Of a DNA stretch of 64,000 bases, positions 49,202 through 59,632 are shown piece by piece (positions within the stretch are counted from its first letter, which is position 1; every line of letters starts with the position of its first letter). Position numbers and translations under genes: made by a program. The notes below the pieces were generated by a model, which saw only the letters and a list, made by a program, of their open reading frames with translations, searched no databases and was not told the origin of the DNA. This DNA comes from Candidatus Zixiibacteriota bacterium (lineage in GTDB: Bacteria > RBG-13-66-14 > B26-G2 > WVWN01), in contig JASFLY010000002.1 of assembly GCA_050117845.1 (NCBI GenBank), positions 186,025 through 250,024 of the forward strand, written 5' to 3'.

Positions 49202-52200
49202 CTAGTCGGAAATCTCGATACGGGCCGAGGCCGTGTTCGAGCCGATATCCGGGGCGTACATGCCGTAGATGCGCGCCGGCAGGGCCGCGTACTCGCCGGG
49301 CACTTCGGCCCGCAGGCGGTAGCGCACCACCGTCTCGCCCTCGCGCAGACGCTCGAAGAAGACGTTGCGCTGTTTGTTCCACAGCTCCACGTAACCGTCC
49401 AGCGACCAGTTGTACCCGGAGCGGGTCTCGAGGAAGATAAACCCGGCGGCCTTCGGGTCCTCCAGCACGACGTAGTCGAAGTCGTAAGGCGAGTTGATCG
49501 TAAGTTCGACCTCTATCTCCTCGCCGAGTTCCAGCGGCCTGTCGAGCGGGACGCGTTTCTCCTTAACCTTGCCTTTCTTGTACTCTTTTTTGATGATGTA
49601 GAAATCGCGCTCGAGCGTGACCGAGCCCTGCACCGCCGGGAGGTCCCGCGCCTCGGCGTAGTACTCCACGGCCATGGTGTAGAAGACGGGCCCCTCGCCC
49701 GAGGTCCGCGTCAGCTCCATCGCGTTCGGCCCTTCGGCGAAGTCGGCCGCGGTCAGTTCCACCGTCTCGGTCGGTTCCTCGTACGCCGTCGGGTCCAGCT
49801 CCACGCCGCCGTCCTTCAGGCCGGCCCGGTACGCCACGACGATGGGCGCCGCGAGTTCCGGCCGGGCCAGGATGTAACGGATGAGGGTGGTCGTGGCCGC
49901 CGCGGAATCCTTGGTGGACTTCCACGCCGCGCCGCGCCGCTGGTCCACGAGCCAATCGACGATGTAGGGGAGTTGGGCGCTGTCGGGGTCGTAGGCCAGC
50001 TTGACCTCCAGGACTTTCGACGTGGTCTCGACCGAGTCGTCCCACCAGCGCCAGCAGTTCTCCGGGTCCTCGCCCCAATGGAGCGTGTTGTCCCGGCCTA
50101 TCTTGGCGCCGTTGTCCAGGTTGCGGAGGATGACGGCGAGCCGCTGTTCGTCCCCCATCTCGTTGAGGATCGAAGCCAGGAGCGCGAGGCTCATGTGGTT
50201 GTGGGGCGACCGGTACTCGAAGTAGTAATCGGCTATATCGGCCGCAAGCTCCTCCTCCGGGTCCAGAATGCCCCGCCGCAGCGCGACGTCGGCGACGTAC
50301 AGCGAGAGGATCCAGGGGTAGCGATCCCGGTCGTTGCGCCAGTTCTCGACGTAGGCTCTGAGATAGGTATCGCCCGCCGCGTACATCTCTTCCACTCGGC
50401 CGGCGGAATTCTCGGACAGGAAGGGGTTGCCCAAAAGCGTCCCCAGGCCGTCCACGGCGTACGCCGTCATGTACGGGGACTCGCGGCCACCCTTCCACCA
50501 CGGCCAGCCGCCTTCGTTCGTCTGCTGCTCGCCGAGGCGGGTAACGCCCTCGTCGATGGCCTCGGTCAAACCGTCGGAGAGTTTCGATTCCTCGAGGCCG
50601 AGGTCGGCCGCGGCCGCGGCCAATAGCGCGTTCATGCGGAAGCGGTTTAGCGTCTGCTCCACGCAATCGTACGGGTAGTTCTCGAAGTAGTCCAGGCCGT
50701 GGGAAAGCGACGCCGCGAGCGACGGCGCCAGCTTTATCTCACCCTCGAACGTATCGGCCGCCATCCCCTCGGCGATGGTAAACTCGTGCGCCGCCTCCAT
50801 CCGCAGGCGGCCGCCGAAGGCCTGCCGTATTTGCGTACCGTGGGGGTAAATCGGCAGCCGCAGCTCCGCGGCGTCCGACTCCACGTCCGTCAAAGCCGAC
50901 GTTACGATGCGGGCGTCCCCGACCTCCGACGCCTCCACCCAGTGGTAGAGAACGGCCTTGCCGTCGGCGTCCACCTTCTCGGTCTTGGACGGCTCGCCCT
51001 TGACGCCCGTCAGGCCCTCCTCCTCCAACTGGAGTTTGAGTTCCTTCGACTCCTTGAGGTAGTTGTGGCCAATGGCCGTGAGGCGCGCAACGTCGCCGGC
51101 GACGAAGTAGCGCGGGGCCTTGAGCCGGGCGATGATAAACTTGTTGACGTTGAACGACGTCGCACCCCAACCGAAGCGCTGGCCCTTGTCGAGGGCGAGC
51201 GCCATAACGGTCCAGTCGGTGAGGTTGTCCGGGAGTTCGAAGGTGGCGGTGGCCAGGCCGCTGGCGCCGATTTCGAGGTGAGGCAGCCAGTAAGCGGTGT
51301 CGGCGAACTCCTTACGCACCTCGGCCGGGGCGAAATCCTTGCCCTTATCCTCGGACCGCTTCATCTTCTCGCCTGCCATAGGCGCGTCGGGCAAGGCTTC
51401 CGGTTCTGACGCCGATTCCTCGTATACGAACCTTCCGTTGCCGTTCAAGGACATCTCCGCGTCCATAGCCGACATCCTCGCCACGGTACCGGTCGTCGGC
51501 GCGGCGGCGCCCATGCCCCCGCCGCCGCGATAGTACGTCGCGCCGGCGTCGACGCCGTCGATAATGCCATAACCGCCGCTTTCGCCCCAGCCGTAGCTCA
51601 TTCCGTAAATGCCCGTTCTACGGCCCAGGAGGTCGGTGCCCGAGAGGTAGAGGTATTTATAAAGCTCCTGGCGCGTGACGTCCGGCAGGTATATCCGGCC
51701 CAGCATGTTGGCGCCGGGCCCCCAGCGCTCGACGTCGAGCGGCAGGAAGGTCGTGCCGGCGGTGCCGTAATAATGATTGTAATAGGGGAAACAGAATACG
51801 GCGTTGCCGACGAAGCCCCGGTCGGAAAGCGAATCATTCTGTTGGACGTAGCCGTAGCGGCCCAGCGCCTGCTCGAACTGGTAGGGGACCGAATATGTCC
51901 GGTCCGGCCGCAGGGCCAAAAGCGAGGCGTCCACCGCGGCCAGCGATACGTCGGCGCTCATCGGCAGGCCCGCCGGGTTTGTGCACGTTATCTCGACCGA
52001 GGCCTCCTCGCGTGGCCGGTAGACGTTATTCCCGGCCTCCACCTCCACGTTCATCCGAACGTCGGTGTTCGTGACGTAGAGGTAATCGTTCGCGGTCCAC
52101 GTCGCGCCGTCGCGCAGCAGTGAGGCGTAAAGGTAACACGAGGGTACCATCGTACTGTCCGCGGTCAGCGTGAACGTGGCGCCCGAGCCGAGGTCTTCCG

Positions 52201-55144
52201 GCTCCAGTTTTATATGTTTAACGGTGACGATGCGGCCGGAATAAATCGTTATCAAACACTCGGCGTCGTCGAAGCGGGATTCGAGCGTCACCTGCACGTC
52301 GTCGCCCAGCGTCGGGTAGCGCTCGTCGATGCTTATCCCAATCTCGGGTTTGCGCACCGTCGTCTCCACGTCGCCGGCGACGTAATTGAAGGACGTCGAC
52401 GCCTCGTATTCCGCGCCGTTGGTCCCGGTTATACGGGCCGCGAGTTCGACTTCGCCCGGCGGCGAGTCCAGTTCGAACTCGAGTATGCCCTCGCCGTCCT
52501 CGTCCGTCGTGACGCGGCCTTCGTACAACTTGTCGCCGCGGCAGTACCCGTTCCGGTTGTCCCATTTATACTCGTACGCCTCGACAATGACCTCGGCCGA
52601 GACCGGGTCGTCGTACCAGTCGTCGGCCCAGACGTTCACCTTTACGGTCTCGCCCTGGCGGTACTCGTATTTATCGGTCGAAAGGGTAACGTAGCGGTCC
52701 GTCATATAGGTACTGACGGACCCCGTCTCCTCGACTACGCGCTCGGAAACGTCGGTCACTTTCAGATATATATTGAAATAGTTGTCGTAGCGCTTCGCCC
52801 AGGGCGTGTCGAACTCGATGGTCATCCGGCCTTCGGCGTCCAGCGTCCCGTCGCCGCGATTGACGACCTTATCGTATTCGTAATCCTTGGGGGTGTAGCC
52901 CTGCCGGTGCACCTCGTACGATACGGCGGCCCCGGCCATCGGCGCGCCGAAATAGTAGGCGCCGACGACGTTCATCTCGACCCGTTCGCCCGAGAAATAA
53001 CGGTCCTTGGCCGGTTCTACCGCTATCTCGTATTCCGGCTTCTCGTACTCTTCGAGGTCGAAGGTACCGTAAACCGAACGTTCCGCCTCGCCCTCTTTCC
53101 ATTTGAAATAGAGGGCCTGGGAACCCAGCCGGATGCCCGGCGGGAGTTCTATTTCGCCGGCGGCGGTTCCGTATTCGTCGGTTACGGCCGTCTCTTTCCA
53201 GACCTCGCTGCCGTCGGGCGCCGTGAGGACCATCTCGATTTCCTGGCCGGCGAGCGGCGAGAGTACTTTCTCGACGTAGTCCACGTTGCGGATAAAGCCT
53301 TTGAAAGAGACCTTATCGCCCGGGCGGTATAGCGGCCGGTCAGTTATTATCGTCCCGGTTACGCCGTCCTTCGCCCGCGCCTCGTACGACGTACTCGTAC
53401 GGTAGACGACGGGGCCGAGTTCGGTGCCGAAAACGAAAAACATCGAGCTGCTCTTCTCGTAACGAGTTAGGTCGATGAGGATGCCCTTGTCCCTCTTGGC
53501 CGGATCGACCGGGACCTCGTCCACGACCTCCTCGTTGTAGCCTTTCTCGTTGGGCTTATAATAGATGTTGTAAGCCGTCATGTCGCCCACCGGGACGGGC
53601 GCGCCCGTCCGAGCGTCCACGAATTCGAGGAAGACTTCCTCGTTATCGGTGGCGGCCATCGCCGCCGCCCGCGTCAAAAGGAAAATCGCCCGGGAGAATT
53701 CCTCGCCCGACCGCGCCTCCACGACGTAGAGGCCCGGCTCGAGCTCGACCGGGGGCGTCGCGTTGACCCCCCGCACGCGGTAATCGTCCGCGCTACAGCC
53801 GGTGGCGACGGTCCAGTTCGCGACCGCTTCGCCCACGCCGGGGAGTTCCGCCGTGGGGACGGGGTGGTAAGTCGGCTCCGTATCGCCGCCGCTGCCCTGG
53901 CCGCCTTCCTCCTCCGCCTCGGGGAGAGCGTCGGGTTCGACCTTGGCCAACTCCCGTTGCAGGAACAGGTACTTATGGGGGTCGGCCCGGTAGACGGTGA
54001 GTTCGACTTCCTCGAGGATGCGGCACGCCAATTCGACCTCGACCGTCGGTTCGGCCCATGGGTCCACGGCCACGGTCATCATCGCCAGCGCCGGGGCCCG
54101 AAGTTCGTCGGCGTATATCCGGTTAAATTTCGAATAAATATCGTCCTCGAGCGTGTCCGCGAGCTCGTCGAACTTCTCGGCCGCCGCCCCCGGTTCGTCG
54201 AGGTAGGTTACCTCGTAATGGGCGAGCGCCGCCCGGGCCAGAAGGGCCCCGGGGGCCGCGCCGTACGCCGCCGCGATTTCTTCGAACCGCGGCCGGGCGC
54301 GCGTAAAGCGCTGCTCGACCACCCACGCCTGGTAATCTTCCGACGTCAGGCCGGAGGCCTCCCACTCCTCGTCGGATATGGGCCACATCTGTAGGTCGAG
54401 TACCGCTTCCTCCATCGCCAGCAGCGAACGCATGTTCTCGGTCATCTCCAAACGGCCCACGTCCTTGAGGTAGGCCGCCCGCCCGTTATACGACCGGACG
54501 TCGTCGTAATCGTCGCCGTCGAAGTCGAAGAAGGGGTACATAATCAAGTAGTCGACGACGAGGCGGTCGGCGAGGTCGAGCCGCTCGGCCCCGGCGGCGT
54601 TTTTCATCAGGCCCTTATAAACGCCCTTGGCCTGCTTCAGCGCCCGGCGACGCAAATCGTCCATCTTCTTCCGGTCGTCGGCGCCGCCGTAAATGTAGAA
54701 GCCGTGCTTATCCCCCAGGTAGGTCTGCCAGCCGTAGACGTCGTAGACGTTCCGGCCTTCGGAATACGCGTCGACGAGGAGGTCGGCGGCGTCCGCGGCG
54801 TGGGGCGATCTCTTGTGGAGTTTGAAGTAGTCCTCGAAGGCCCGGTCGGCTTCTTCCGGTTTCTCGAGGTAGAGGTAACAGCGCAGGGCGATGAGGTCGC
54901 CCTCGGCCCGGAGAATGCTGGCGGGCCAGCGGCGTTTCAGTTCCTCCGCGGCGGCCACCGCCCACGCGTACGACCCCTCGTCGAAATACTTGCGGGCGTC
55001 CGCAAGCGCCGCGCCGTCGCTCGTCGGGGGATCAGCCTTGTAATCCGGCCCGATGGGCGGCGGCTCGTCGCTGGTATGGCCGTTGGCGAAGACGGCCGCG
55101 GCTGCGGCCAACGCCAGCGTCAACGTTAATGCTAGTTTTCTCAT
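49202..55144 (-). CDS. Bacterial alpha-2-macroglobulin family protein
   Basis: Signal peptide; TDRPLYRPGD (MG2), EEYEKPEY, R.EFADTAYW.P, LPDNLT.W, thioester PYDCVEQT, W.STKD, YGMYAP. Confidence 0.93.
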   Translation of the reverse strand: MRKLALTLTLALAAAAAVFANGHTSDEPPPIGPDYKADPPTSDGAALADARKYFDEGSYAWAVAAAEELKRRWPASILRAEGDLIALRCYLYLEKPEEADRAFEDYFKLHKRSPHAADAADLLVDAYSEGRNVYDVYGWQTYLGDKHGFYIYGGADDRKKMDDLRRRALKQAKGVYKGLMKNAAGAERLDLADRLVVDYLIMYPFFDFDGDDYDDVRSYNGRAAYLKDVGRLEMTENMRSLLAMEEAVLDLQMWPISDEEWEASGLTSEDYQAWVVEQRFTRARPRFEEIAAAYGAAPGALLARAALAHYEVTYLDEPGAAAEKFDELADTLEDDIYSKFNRIYADELRAPALAMMTVAVDPWAEPTVEVELACRILEEVELTVYRADPHKYLFLQRELAKVEPDALPEAEEEGGQGSGGDTEPTYHPVPTAELPGVGEAVANWTVATGCSADDYRVRGVNATPPVELEPGLYVVEARSGEEFSRAIFLLTRAAAMAATDNEEVFLEFVDARTGAPVPVGDMTAYNIYYKPNEKGYNEEVVDEVPVDPAKRDKGILIDLTRYEKSSSMFFVFGTELGPVVYRTSTSYEARAKDGVTGTIITDRPLYRPGDKVSFKGFIRNVDYVEKVLSPLAGQEIEMVLTAPDGSEVWKETAVTDEYGTAAGEIELPPGIRLGSQALYFKWKEGEAERSVYGTFDLEEYEKPEYEIAVEPAKDRYFSGERVEMNVVGAYYFGAPMAGAAVSYEVHRQGYTPKDYEYDKVVNRGDGTLDAEGRMTIEFDTPWAKRYDNYFNIYLKVTDVSERVVEETGSVSTYMTDRYVTLSTDKYEYRQGETVKVNVWADDWYDDPVSAEVIVEAYEYKWDNRNGYCRGDKLYEGRVTTDEDGEGILEFELDSPPGEVELAARITGTNGAEYEASTSFNYVAGDVETTVRKPEIGISIDERYPTLGDDVQVTLESRFDDAECLITIYSGRIVTVKHIKLEPEDLGSGATFTLTADSTMVPSCYLYASLLRDGATWTANDYLYVTNTDVRMNVEVEAGNNVYRPREEASVEITCTNPAGLPMSADVSLAAVDASLLALRPDRTYSVPYQFEQALGRYGYVQQNDSLSDRGFVGNAVFCFPYYNHYYGTAGTTFLPLDVERWGPGANMLGRIYLPDVTRQELYKYLYLSGTDLLGRRTGIYGMSYGWGESGGYGIIDGVDAGATYYRGGGGMGAAAPTTGTVARMSAMDAEMSLNGNGRFVYEESASEPEALPDAPMAGEKMKRSEDKGKDFAPAEVRKEFADTAYWLPHLEIGASGLATATFELPDNLTDWTVMALALDKGQRFGWGATSFNVNKFIIARLKAPRYFVAGDVARLTAIGHNYLKESKELKLQLEEEGLTGVKGEPSKTEKVDADGKAVLYHWVEASEVGDARIVTSALTDVESDAAELRLPIYPHGTQIRQAFGGRLRMEAAHEFTIAEGMAADTFEGEIKLAPSLAASLSHGLDYFENYPYDCVEQTLNRFRMNALLAAAAADLGLEESKLSDGLTEAIDEGVTRLGEQQTNEGGWPWWKGGRESPYMTAYAVDGLGTLLGNPFLSENSAGRVEEMYAAGDTYLRAYVENWRNDRDRYPWILSLYVADVALRRGILDPEEELAADIADYYFEYRSPHNHMSLALLASILNEMGDEQRLAVILRNLDNGAKIGRDNTLHWGEDPENCWRWWDDSVETTSKVLEVKLAYDPDSAQLPYIVDWLVDQRRGAAWKSTKDSAAATTTLIRYILARPELAAPIVVAYRAGLKDGGVELDPTAYEEPTETVELTAADFAEGPNAMELTRTSGEGPVFYTMAVEYYAEARDLPAVQGSVTLERDFYIIKKEYKKGKVKEKRVPLDRPLELGEEIEVELTINSPYDFDYVVLEDPKAAGFIFLETRSGYNWSLDGYVELWNKQRNVFFERLREGETVVRYRLRAEVPGEYAALPARIYGMYAPDIGSNTASARIEISD

Positions 55145-55273
55145 TCGGTCCTCCTGGAATAATTGTGGGTCGCCCCCGCGACCCGACGCCGGGGCCCGTT
55201 GCGGCCCCGGCAAAAGCGTAACTTACTCTTGCTCACATCCCGGCGATTGTTCATCAATCGGCTCGGGCGGCCC

Positions 55274-56368
55274 TCAACCGCCCCAGGTATCGCAGGTGTA
55301 CTCCTCGAAATAGCCGTCGATATCCTTCTCGTTCCACTCGCCGGAGTAGAACGCCCAGTACCCGTCGTCGCTGAGGTATCGAGTGGGCCCCTCCGGGTCC
55401 GCCGTGACCACGCCGTAGGTCTCGCCCAGGTAACAACGCGTCACGCCGTCGGTTTCCTTGTGAAGCCGTTTCAGCAAGAGCTTCTTCGGGGCTTCCACCC
55501 CCTCGGGCGAGTAGCCAATCAGCATATTGACGGCCGTCGCCGCGGCCCGCCGTACGCCCACGTCCTTGTCTTCCAACAATTCGTATAACACCGGCAGGTA
55601 GTCGGAATTGCCCATCATGCCGACTTGCCGGGCGGCGAAGGACCGCACCGTGGCGTCCTCGTCGGCCAGCGCCTTCTCGACGACCTCCCGCGTGGGGGAC
55701 GATTCCTCCTCATCATAACTGAAGTACGACGTTAAAATACTCAGCACGCACCAACGCCGGACCTCGGGGTCCGAATTCTCCAACCCCACGAGGGCGAGCT
55801 CCCTTACCGGATCGGTATGCATCATCGCGACGAGTTTGGCGGCCTTGAGACTGGCGGCCTTATCGCCACCCCGCAAATCCCGTTCTATCAGAGCGTACAG
55901 CTCGTCGTTGCCGATGTCCGTCTCGTCTTCGGCGTTGATATATAGGCCGTTGCCGGCGATGGCCGCGAGCAGGAAAATATCGTCGTCGGCTATCGTCTCG
56001 TACATCTCCGGGAGCATGGAGGAGGCGGCGGCCTTATCGATATCGGCCAGCATATTGTAAGCCAGCATCCTCAGGACGGTGTCCTCTTCGTTAATGGCCT
56101 TACGGCAGGAAGCGGCCACAATCTCGCGGCCCCCTTCGCTCCGCGCGAGGTGTTCGAGGACCTCCAACTCCTCGAACTCGCCGCCGGCCGATATCCCGGC
56201 GAACGCCATCATCGTCTTCTCGTCGAAGCCGCGGAACATGGTCCGAACGCCGTCCGCGGAGGAATGGAGAATACGGTCGACTTCGGCCGACATCGCGTCG
56301 GAATCGGCCGAGGCCGCGGCGCCGGCCAACAAGATAAAAATAATCAGGGGAATATAAATGCGTTTCAC
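55274..56368 (-). CDS. Secreted HEAT-repeat protein
   Basis: Signal peptide; L.D.D..VR..AA repeats. Confidence 0.75.
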   Translation of the reverse strand: MKRIYIPLIIFILLAGAAASADSDAMSAEVDRILHSSADGVRTMFRGFDEKTMMAFAGISAGGEFEELEVLEHLARSEGGREIVAASCRKAINEEDTVLRMLAYNMLADIDKAAASSMLPEMYETIADDDIFLLAAIAGNGLYINAEDETDIGNDELYALIERDLRGGDKAASLKAAKLVAMMHTDPVRELALVGLENSDPEVRRWCVLSILTSYFSYDEEESSPTREVVEKALADEDATVRSFAARQVGMMGNSDYLPVLYELLEDKDVGVRRAAATAVNMLIGYSPEGVEAPKKLLLKRLHKETDGVTRCYLGETYGVVTADPEGPTRYLSDDGYWAFYSGEWNEKDIDGYFEEYTCDTWGG

Positions 56369-56570
56369 CGTAACCTCCAGCGTTGTAGGTACGGGACAAA
56401 GGTGGACGTTAATATAACGTTTTCGGGGGGATATATCTACCTCAATCTACACTACACCTTGGGCGTTTTTCGAGGCCGGAGGGTTTAATGGCCGGGGGAC
56501 ATTAAGTCCGCCGGGGCGGCCTCGAGCCCCGGGCGCAAGTAAAAAAAGGCTTGACAAACGCTCCCATAAA

Positions 56571-56590
56571 ATGTTAGGGTGCCCTAACAT
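56571..56590. promoter_or_regulatory. DtxR-type operator 1, overlapping the -10 region
   Basis: Perfect inverted repeat ATGTTAGGG-TG-CCCTAACAT; TTGACA at 56551. Confidence 0.8.
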
Positions 56591-56591
56591 T

Positions 56592-57260
56592 ATGGACCCA
56601 GACGCCCCCATATCCGACGACGAAAAGCTAACGCGCGCCCTGGAGGACTACCTCGGGACTATCCTGGAGTTGGGGGCGCCGGTACGGGTTTCGGCCATCG
56701 CGCGCCGCTTGAACGTCGCCAAACCGTCCGTAACGGAGGCGGTGAAGCGCTTAACGGAGAAGGGTTTGGTCGAGTCGGCCCGCTACGGCCGGGTCGATCT
56801 CACGCCGAAGGGTTTCGACGTGGCGTGCAAAGTACGGGCCCGAAATTCGGTCCTCCTGGCTTTTCTCGTGGACATACTCGGCGTATCGCGCGCCACCGCG
56901 GACGGCGACGCGTGCGTACTCGAACACGGCCTGAGCGCCGAAACCGCGGCCCGCTTAACAGAATACGTCGCTTCCATCCAAAACCAAAAAAGGAAAGAGA
57001 GAAAGGATTCCGCCATGCCCCTAAAAGGAGAAATGCCGTTGTCCAACGCGCGGCCCGGCACTGCCGGCACCGTGAAGAAGGTCGGCGGCGACTCGAAGCT
57101 GCGACAGCGCCTGCTCGACATGGGCGTCACCGCGGGCGTAGAAATCAAGGTAACCGGCATCGCGCCACTGGGCGACCCGATAGAGGTGGAGGTGCGCGAC
57201 TACAAACTCACGCTGCGCCGGGAAGAGGCCGCGCATATTGTCATGGAGGTCTTCGGGTAA
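56592..57260 (+). CDS. DtxR/MntR-family metalloregulator with C-terminal FeoA domain
   Basis: EDYL..I, IA.RL.VAKPSVTEA..RL, DACVLEH; FeoA RQRLLDMG...APLGDPIE...LTLRREEA. Confidence 0.9.
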   Translation: MDPDAPISDDEKLTRALEDYLGTILELGAPVRVSAIARRLNVAKPSVTEAVKRLTEKGLVESARYGRVDLTPKGFDVACKVRARNSVLLAFLVDILGVSRATADGDACVLEHGLSAETAARLTEYVASIQNQKRKERKDSAMPLKGEMPLSNARPGTAGTVKKVGGDSKLRQRLLDMGVTAGVEIKVTGIAPLGDPIEVEVRDYKLTLRREEAAHIVMEVFG

Positions 57261-57282
57261 CGCAAAAAAATTTAGCCAAAAA

Positions 57283-57298
57283 GTTAGGGTTGCCTAAC
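57283..57298. promoter_or_regulatory. DtxR-type operator 2, upstream of the feoB RBS
   Basis: GTTAGGGTTGCCTAAC. Confidence 0.75.
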
Positions 57299-57312
57299 AA
57301 GGAGGTTCCTTA

Positions 57313-59337
57313 ATGAAAGAAACTATAACGGTCGGGCTGGCCGGAAACCCGAACTCCGGCAAGACGTCGATCTTCAACAACCTCACCGGCGGCCGCCAAC
57401 ACGTCGGCAACTGGCCGGGCGTCACCGTCGAGAAGAAGGAGGGCTCCTACGAACACCGGGGAGCGGCCTTCAAGGTGGTCGACCTCCCCGGCACCTATTC
57501 GTTGGGCGCCTACTCGCCCGACGAGATGGTGGCGCGCGATTTCGTACTCTCCGAAGAATCGGACGTTATCGTTAACGTCGTCGACGCGTCCAACCTCGAG
57601 CGCAACCTCTATCTAACGGTGCAGCTTCTGGAGATGGGGGCCAACGTAGTCGTGGCGCTCAACATGTACGACCTCGCCCGGAAGAAATACCACGTCGACC
57701 CCGCGGAATTCTCGAAACTCCTGGGAGTACCGGTTGTCCCCACGGTGGCGACCTCCAAGCGGGGAATGAAAGAGCTCCGGGAGGCCATAGCCGAAGCGGC
57801 GCAAAGGCCCTGTACGGAGTGCCCGGTGACCATACGCTACGGCGCCGAGGTCGAACCGCACCTCGACGAGCTGACCGCGGCCGTCGCGGTGCTCCATGGC
57901 TGGAGCCGCGCCCTCGGGCCGCGCTGGGCGGCGCTCAAACTCCTCGAGGGCGACGAAAACGTCGGGGCCCTCGTGCGCCAATGCTCGGGGGGAAGCCGCG
58001 TCGTCGACGAGGCCGGGTCCGTTAGAAGACACCTAAAACGCGTAACGGGCGACGACGCCGAAGTCAGCATCGCCGACCACCGTTACGGCTTCATCCGGGG
58101 CCTGGTGGAGGATGCGGTAAGGCTCCGCGGCCCCTCGGCCGGCCGGGTTACGCTGTCGGATAAAATCGACAAGGTAGTCACGAACCGCTTCCTCGGCCTC
58201 CCCCTCTTCCTCGCCGCCGCGTACGCGCTGTTCGAACTCACGTTCAAGGTCGCCGACCCGTTGGTCGGCTATCTTGAGGCCGGCTTGGGATGGCTGAGCG
58301 AAAGCGTTACGGCCTGGACCGCCTCTTCCCCGCCCCTCCTGACGAGTTTCCTGGTGGACGGCGTCCTGGGCGGCGTAGGCAACGTGCTCGTCTTCGTCCC
58401 CAACATCTTCCTGTTGTTCCTCGGCATCGCCATTCTGGAAGACTGCGGCTACATGGCCCGGGCGGCGTTCATCATGGACCGGCTCATGCACAAGCTGGGC
58501 CTGCACGGCCGGAGTTTCGTGCCCATGCTCATCGGCTTCGGCTGCAACGTCCCCGCCATCATGGCGACGCGGACGCTGGAGAGCCGCCGCGACCGTATGA
58601 TAACCATACTCGTCAACCCGCTCATGTCCTGTTCCGCCCGCCTGCCGGTATACGTGCTGTTCGTCGGCGTGTTCTTCGCCGCGCACCAGGGCCTGGTCAT
58701 ATGGTCGTTGTACCTGCTCGGGATCTTCCTCGCCATAGTCATGGCCAAAATCTTCGGCCGCTTCCTCTTCCGGGGTGAGACGGCGCACTTCGTCATGGAG
58801 CTTCCGCCCTACCGCCTGCCGACGCTGCGGGGAATCACGATTCACATGTGGGAGCGCGGCTGGCTCTTCCTCAAACGCGCCGGCGGCATCATCTTCGCCA
58901 TCGTCGTCCTCCTCTGGGGCCTGTCCAACCTCCCGCCCGGCGTGGAGTACGCCGGCGAGGACAGCCTGGTGGGTATAATCGGTTCCGCCGTGGCGCCCCT
59001 GCTGGCTCCCGCCGGCTTCGGCGAATGGAAGGCCGCGGTGGCGCTCATCTTCGGCTTCCTCGCCAAAGAGGTCGTCGTCGGAACGTTGGGCATCCTCTAC
59101 GGCACCGGCGAGGAAGGCCTGGCGGCCGTACTGGGCGATAGCTTCACGCCCCTCTCGGCGTACGCCTTCATGGTCATGACGTTGATATATATCCCCTGCA
59201 TGGCGACCATAGCGGTAATAAAGCGCGAGACCAACTCCTGGCGCTGGACGGCCTTCGCCGTCGGATACAGCCTCGTTCTGGGCTGGGTCGCCGCCGTAAT
59301 CGTTTACCAGGTAGGCCGCCTGTTCGGCCTCGGCTAA
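57313..59337 (+). CDS. feoB: Ferrous iron transporter B
   Basis: [55 protein letters not shown]. Confidence 0.97.
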   Translation: MKETITVGLAGNPNSGKTSIFNNLTGGRQHVGNWPGVTVEKKEGSYEHRGAAFKVVDLPGTYSLGAYSPDEMVARDFVLSEESDVIVNVVDASNLERNLYLTVQLLEMGANVVVALNMYDLARKKYHVDPAEFSKLLGVPVVPTVATSKRGMKELREAIAEAAQRPCTECPVTIRYGAEVEPHLDELTAAVAVLHGWSRALGPRWAALKLLEGDENVGALVRQCSGGSRVVDEAGSVRRHLKRVTGDDAEVSIADHRYGFIRGLVEDAVRLRGPSAGRVTLSDKIDKVVTNRFLGLPLFLAAAYALFELTFKVADPLVGYLEAGLGWLSESVTAWTASSPPLLTSFLVDGVLGGVGNVLVFVPNIFLLFLGIAILEDCGYMARAAFIMDRLMHKLGLHGRSFVPMLIGFGCNVPAIMATRTLESRRDRMITILVNPLMSCSARLPVYVLFVGVFFAAHQGLVIWSLYLLGIFLAIVMAKIFGRFLFRGETAHFVMELPPYRLPTLRGITIHMWERGWLFLKRAGGIIFAIVVLLWGLSNLPPGVEYAGEDSLVGIIGSAVAPLLAPAGFGEWKAAVALIFGFLAKEVVVGTLGILYGTGEEGLAAVLGDSFTPLSAYAFMVMTLIYIPCMATIAVIKRETNSWRWTAFAVGYSLVLGWVAAVIVYQVGRLFGLG

Positions 59338-59359
59338 GAAAGGGAAAGGAGACTACGAA

Positions 59360-59533
59360 ATGTACGAGACACTTATGATAGTGGGCGCCATCGTGGTCGC
59401 CGTCGTGCTCATAGCGTCGATTTTGAAGCGCGAGACAGGCGAGAACCGGCCGCCCTGTTGTTCATGCGCGTGCGGCCGCGGGCACAAGGACGAAGGAGCG
59501 GCCGAAGCCGAAACGCCGGATAAAGGTCGTTAA
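59360..59533 (+). CDS. FeoB-associated Cys-rich small membrane protein (not in ORF track)
   Basis: AGGAG RBS; MYETLMIVGAIVVAVVLIASILKRETGENRPPCCSCACGRGH... Confidence 0.8.
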   Translation: MYETLMIVGAIVVAVVLIASILKRETGENRPPCCSCACGRGHKDEGAAEAETPDKGR

Positions 59534-59569
59534 GGCCGCCGGCCTGCACCGGGTTTTTTTACTCGATAA

Positions 59570-59585
59570 GTTAGCCTGCCCTAAC
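59570..59585. promoter_or_regulatory. DtxR-type operator 3
   Basis: GTTAGCCTGCCCTAAC. Confidence 0.65.
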
Positions 59586-59632
59586 AATATATGTCGCCGC
59601 CCCGGCGGCGACGCACGAAAGGACGATAAGCC

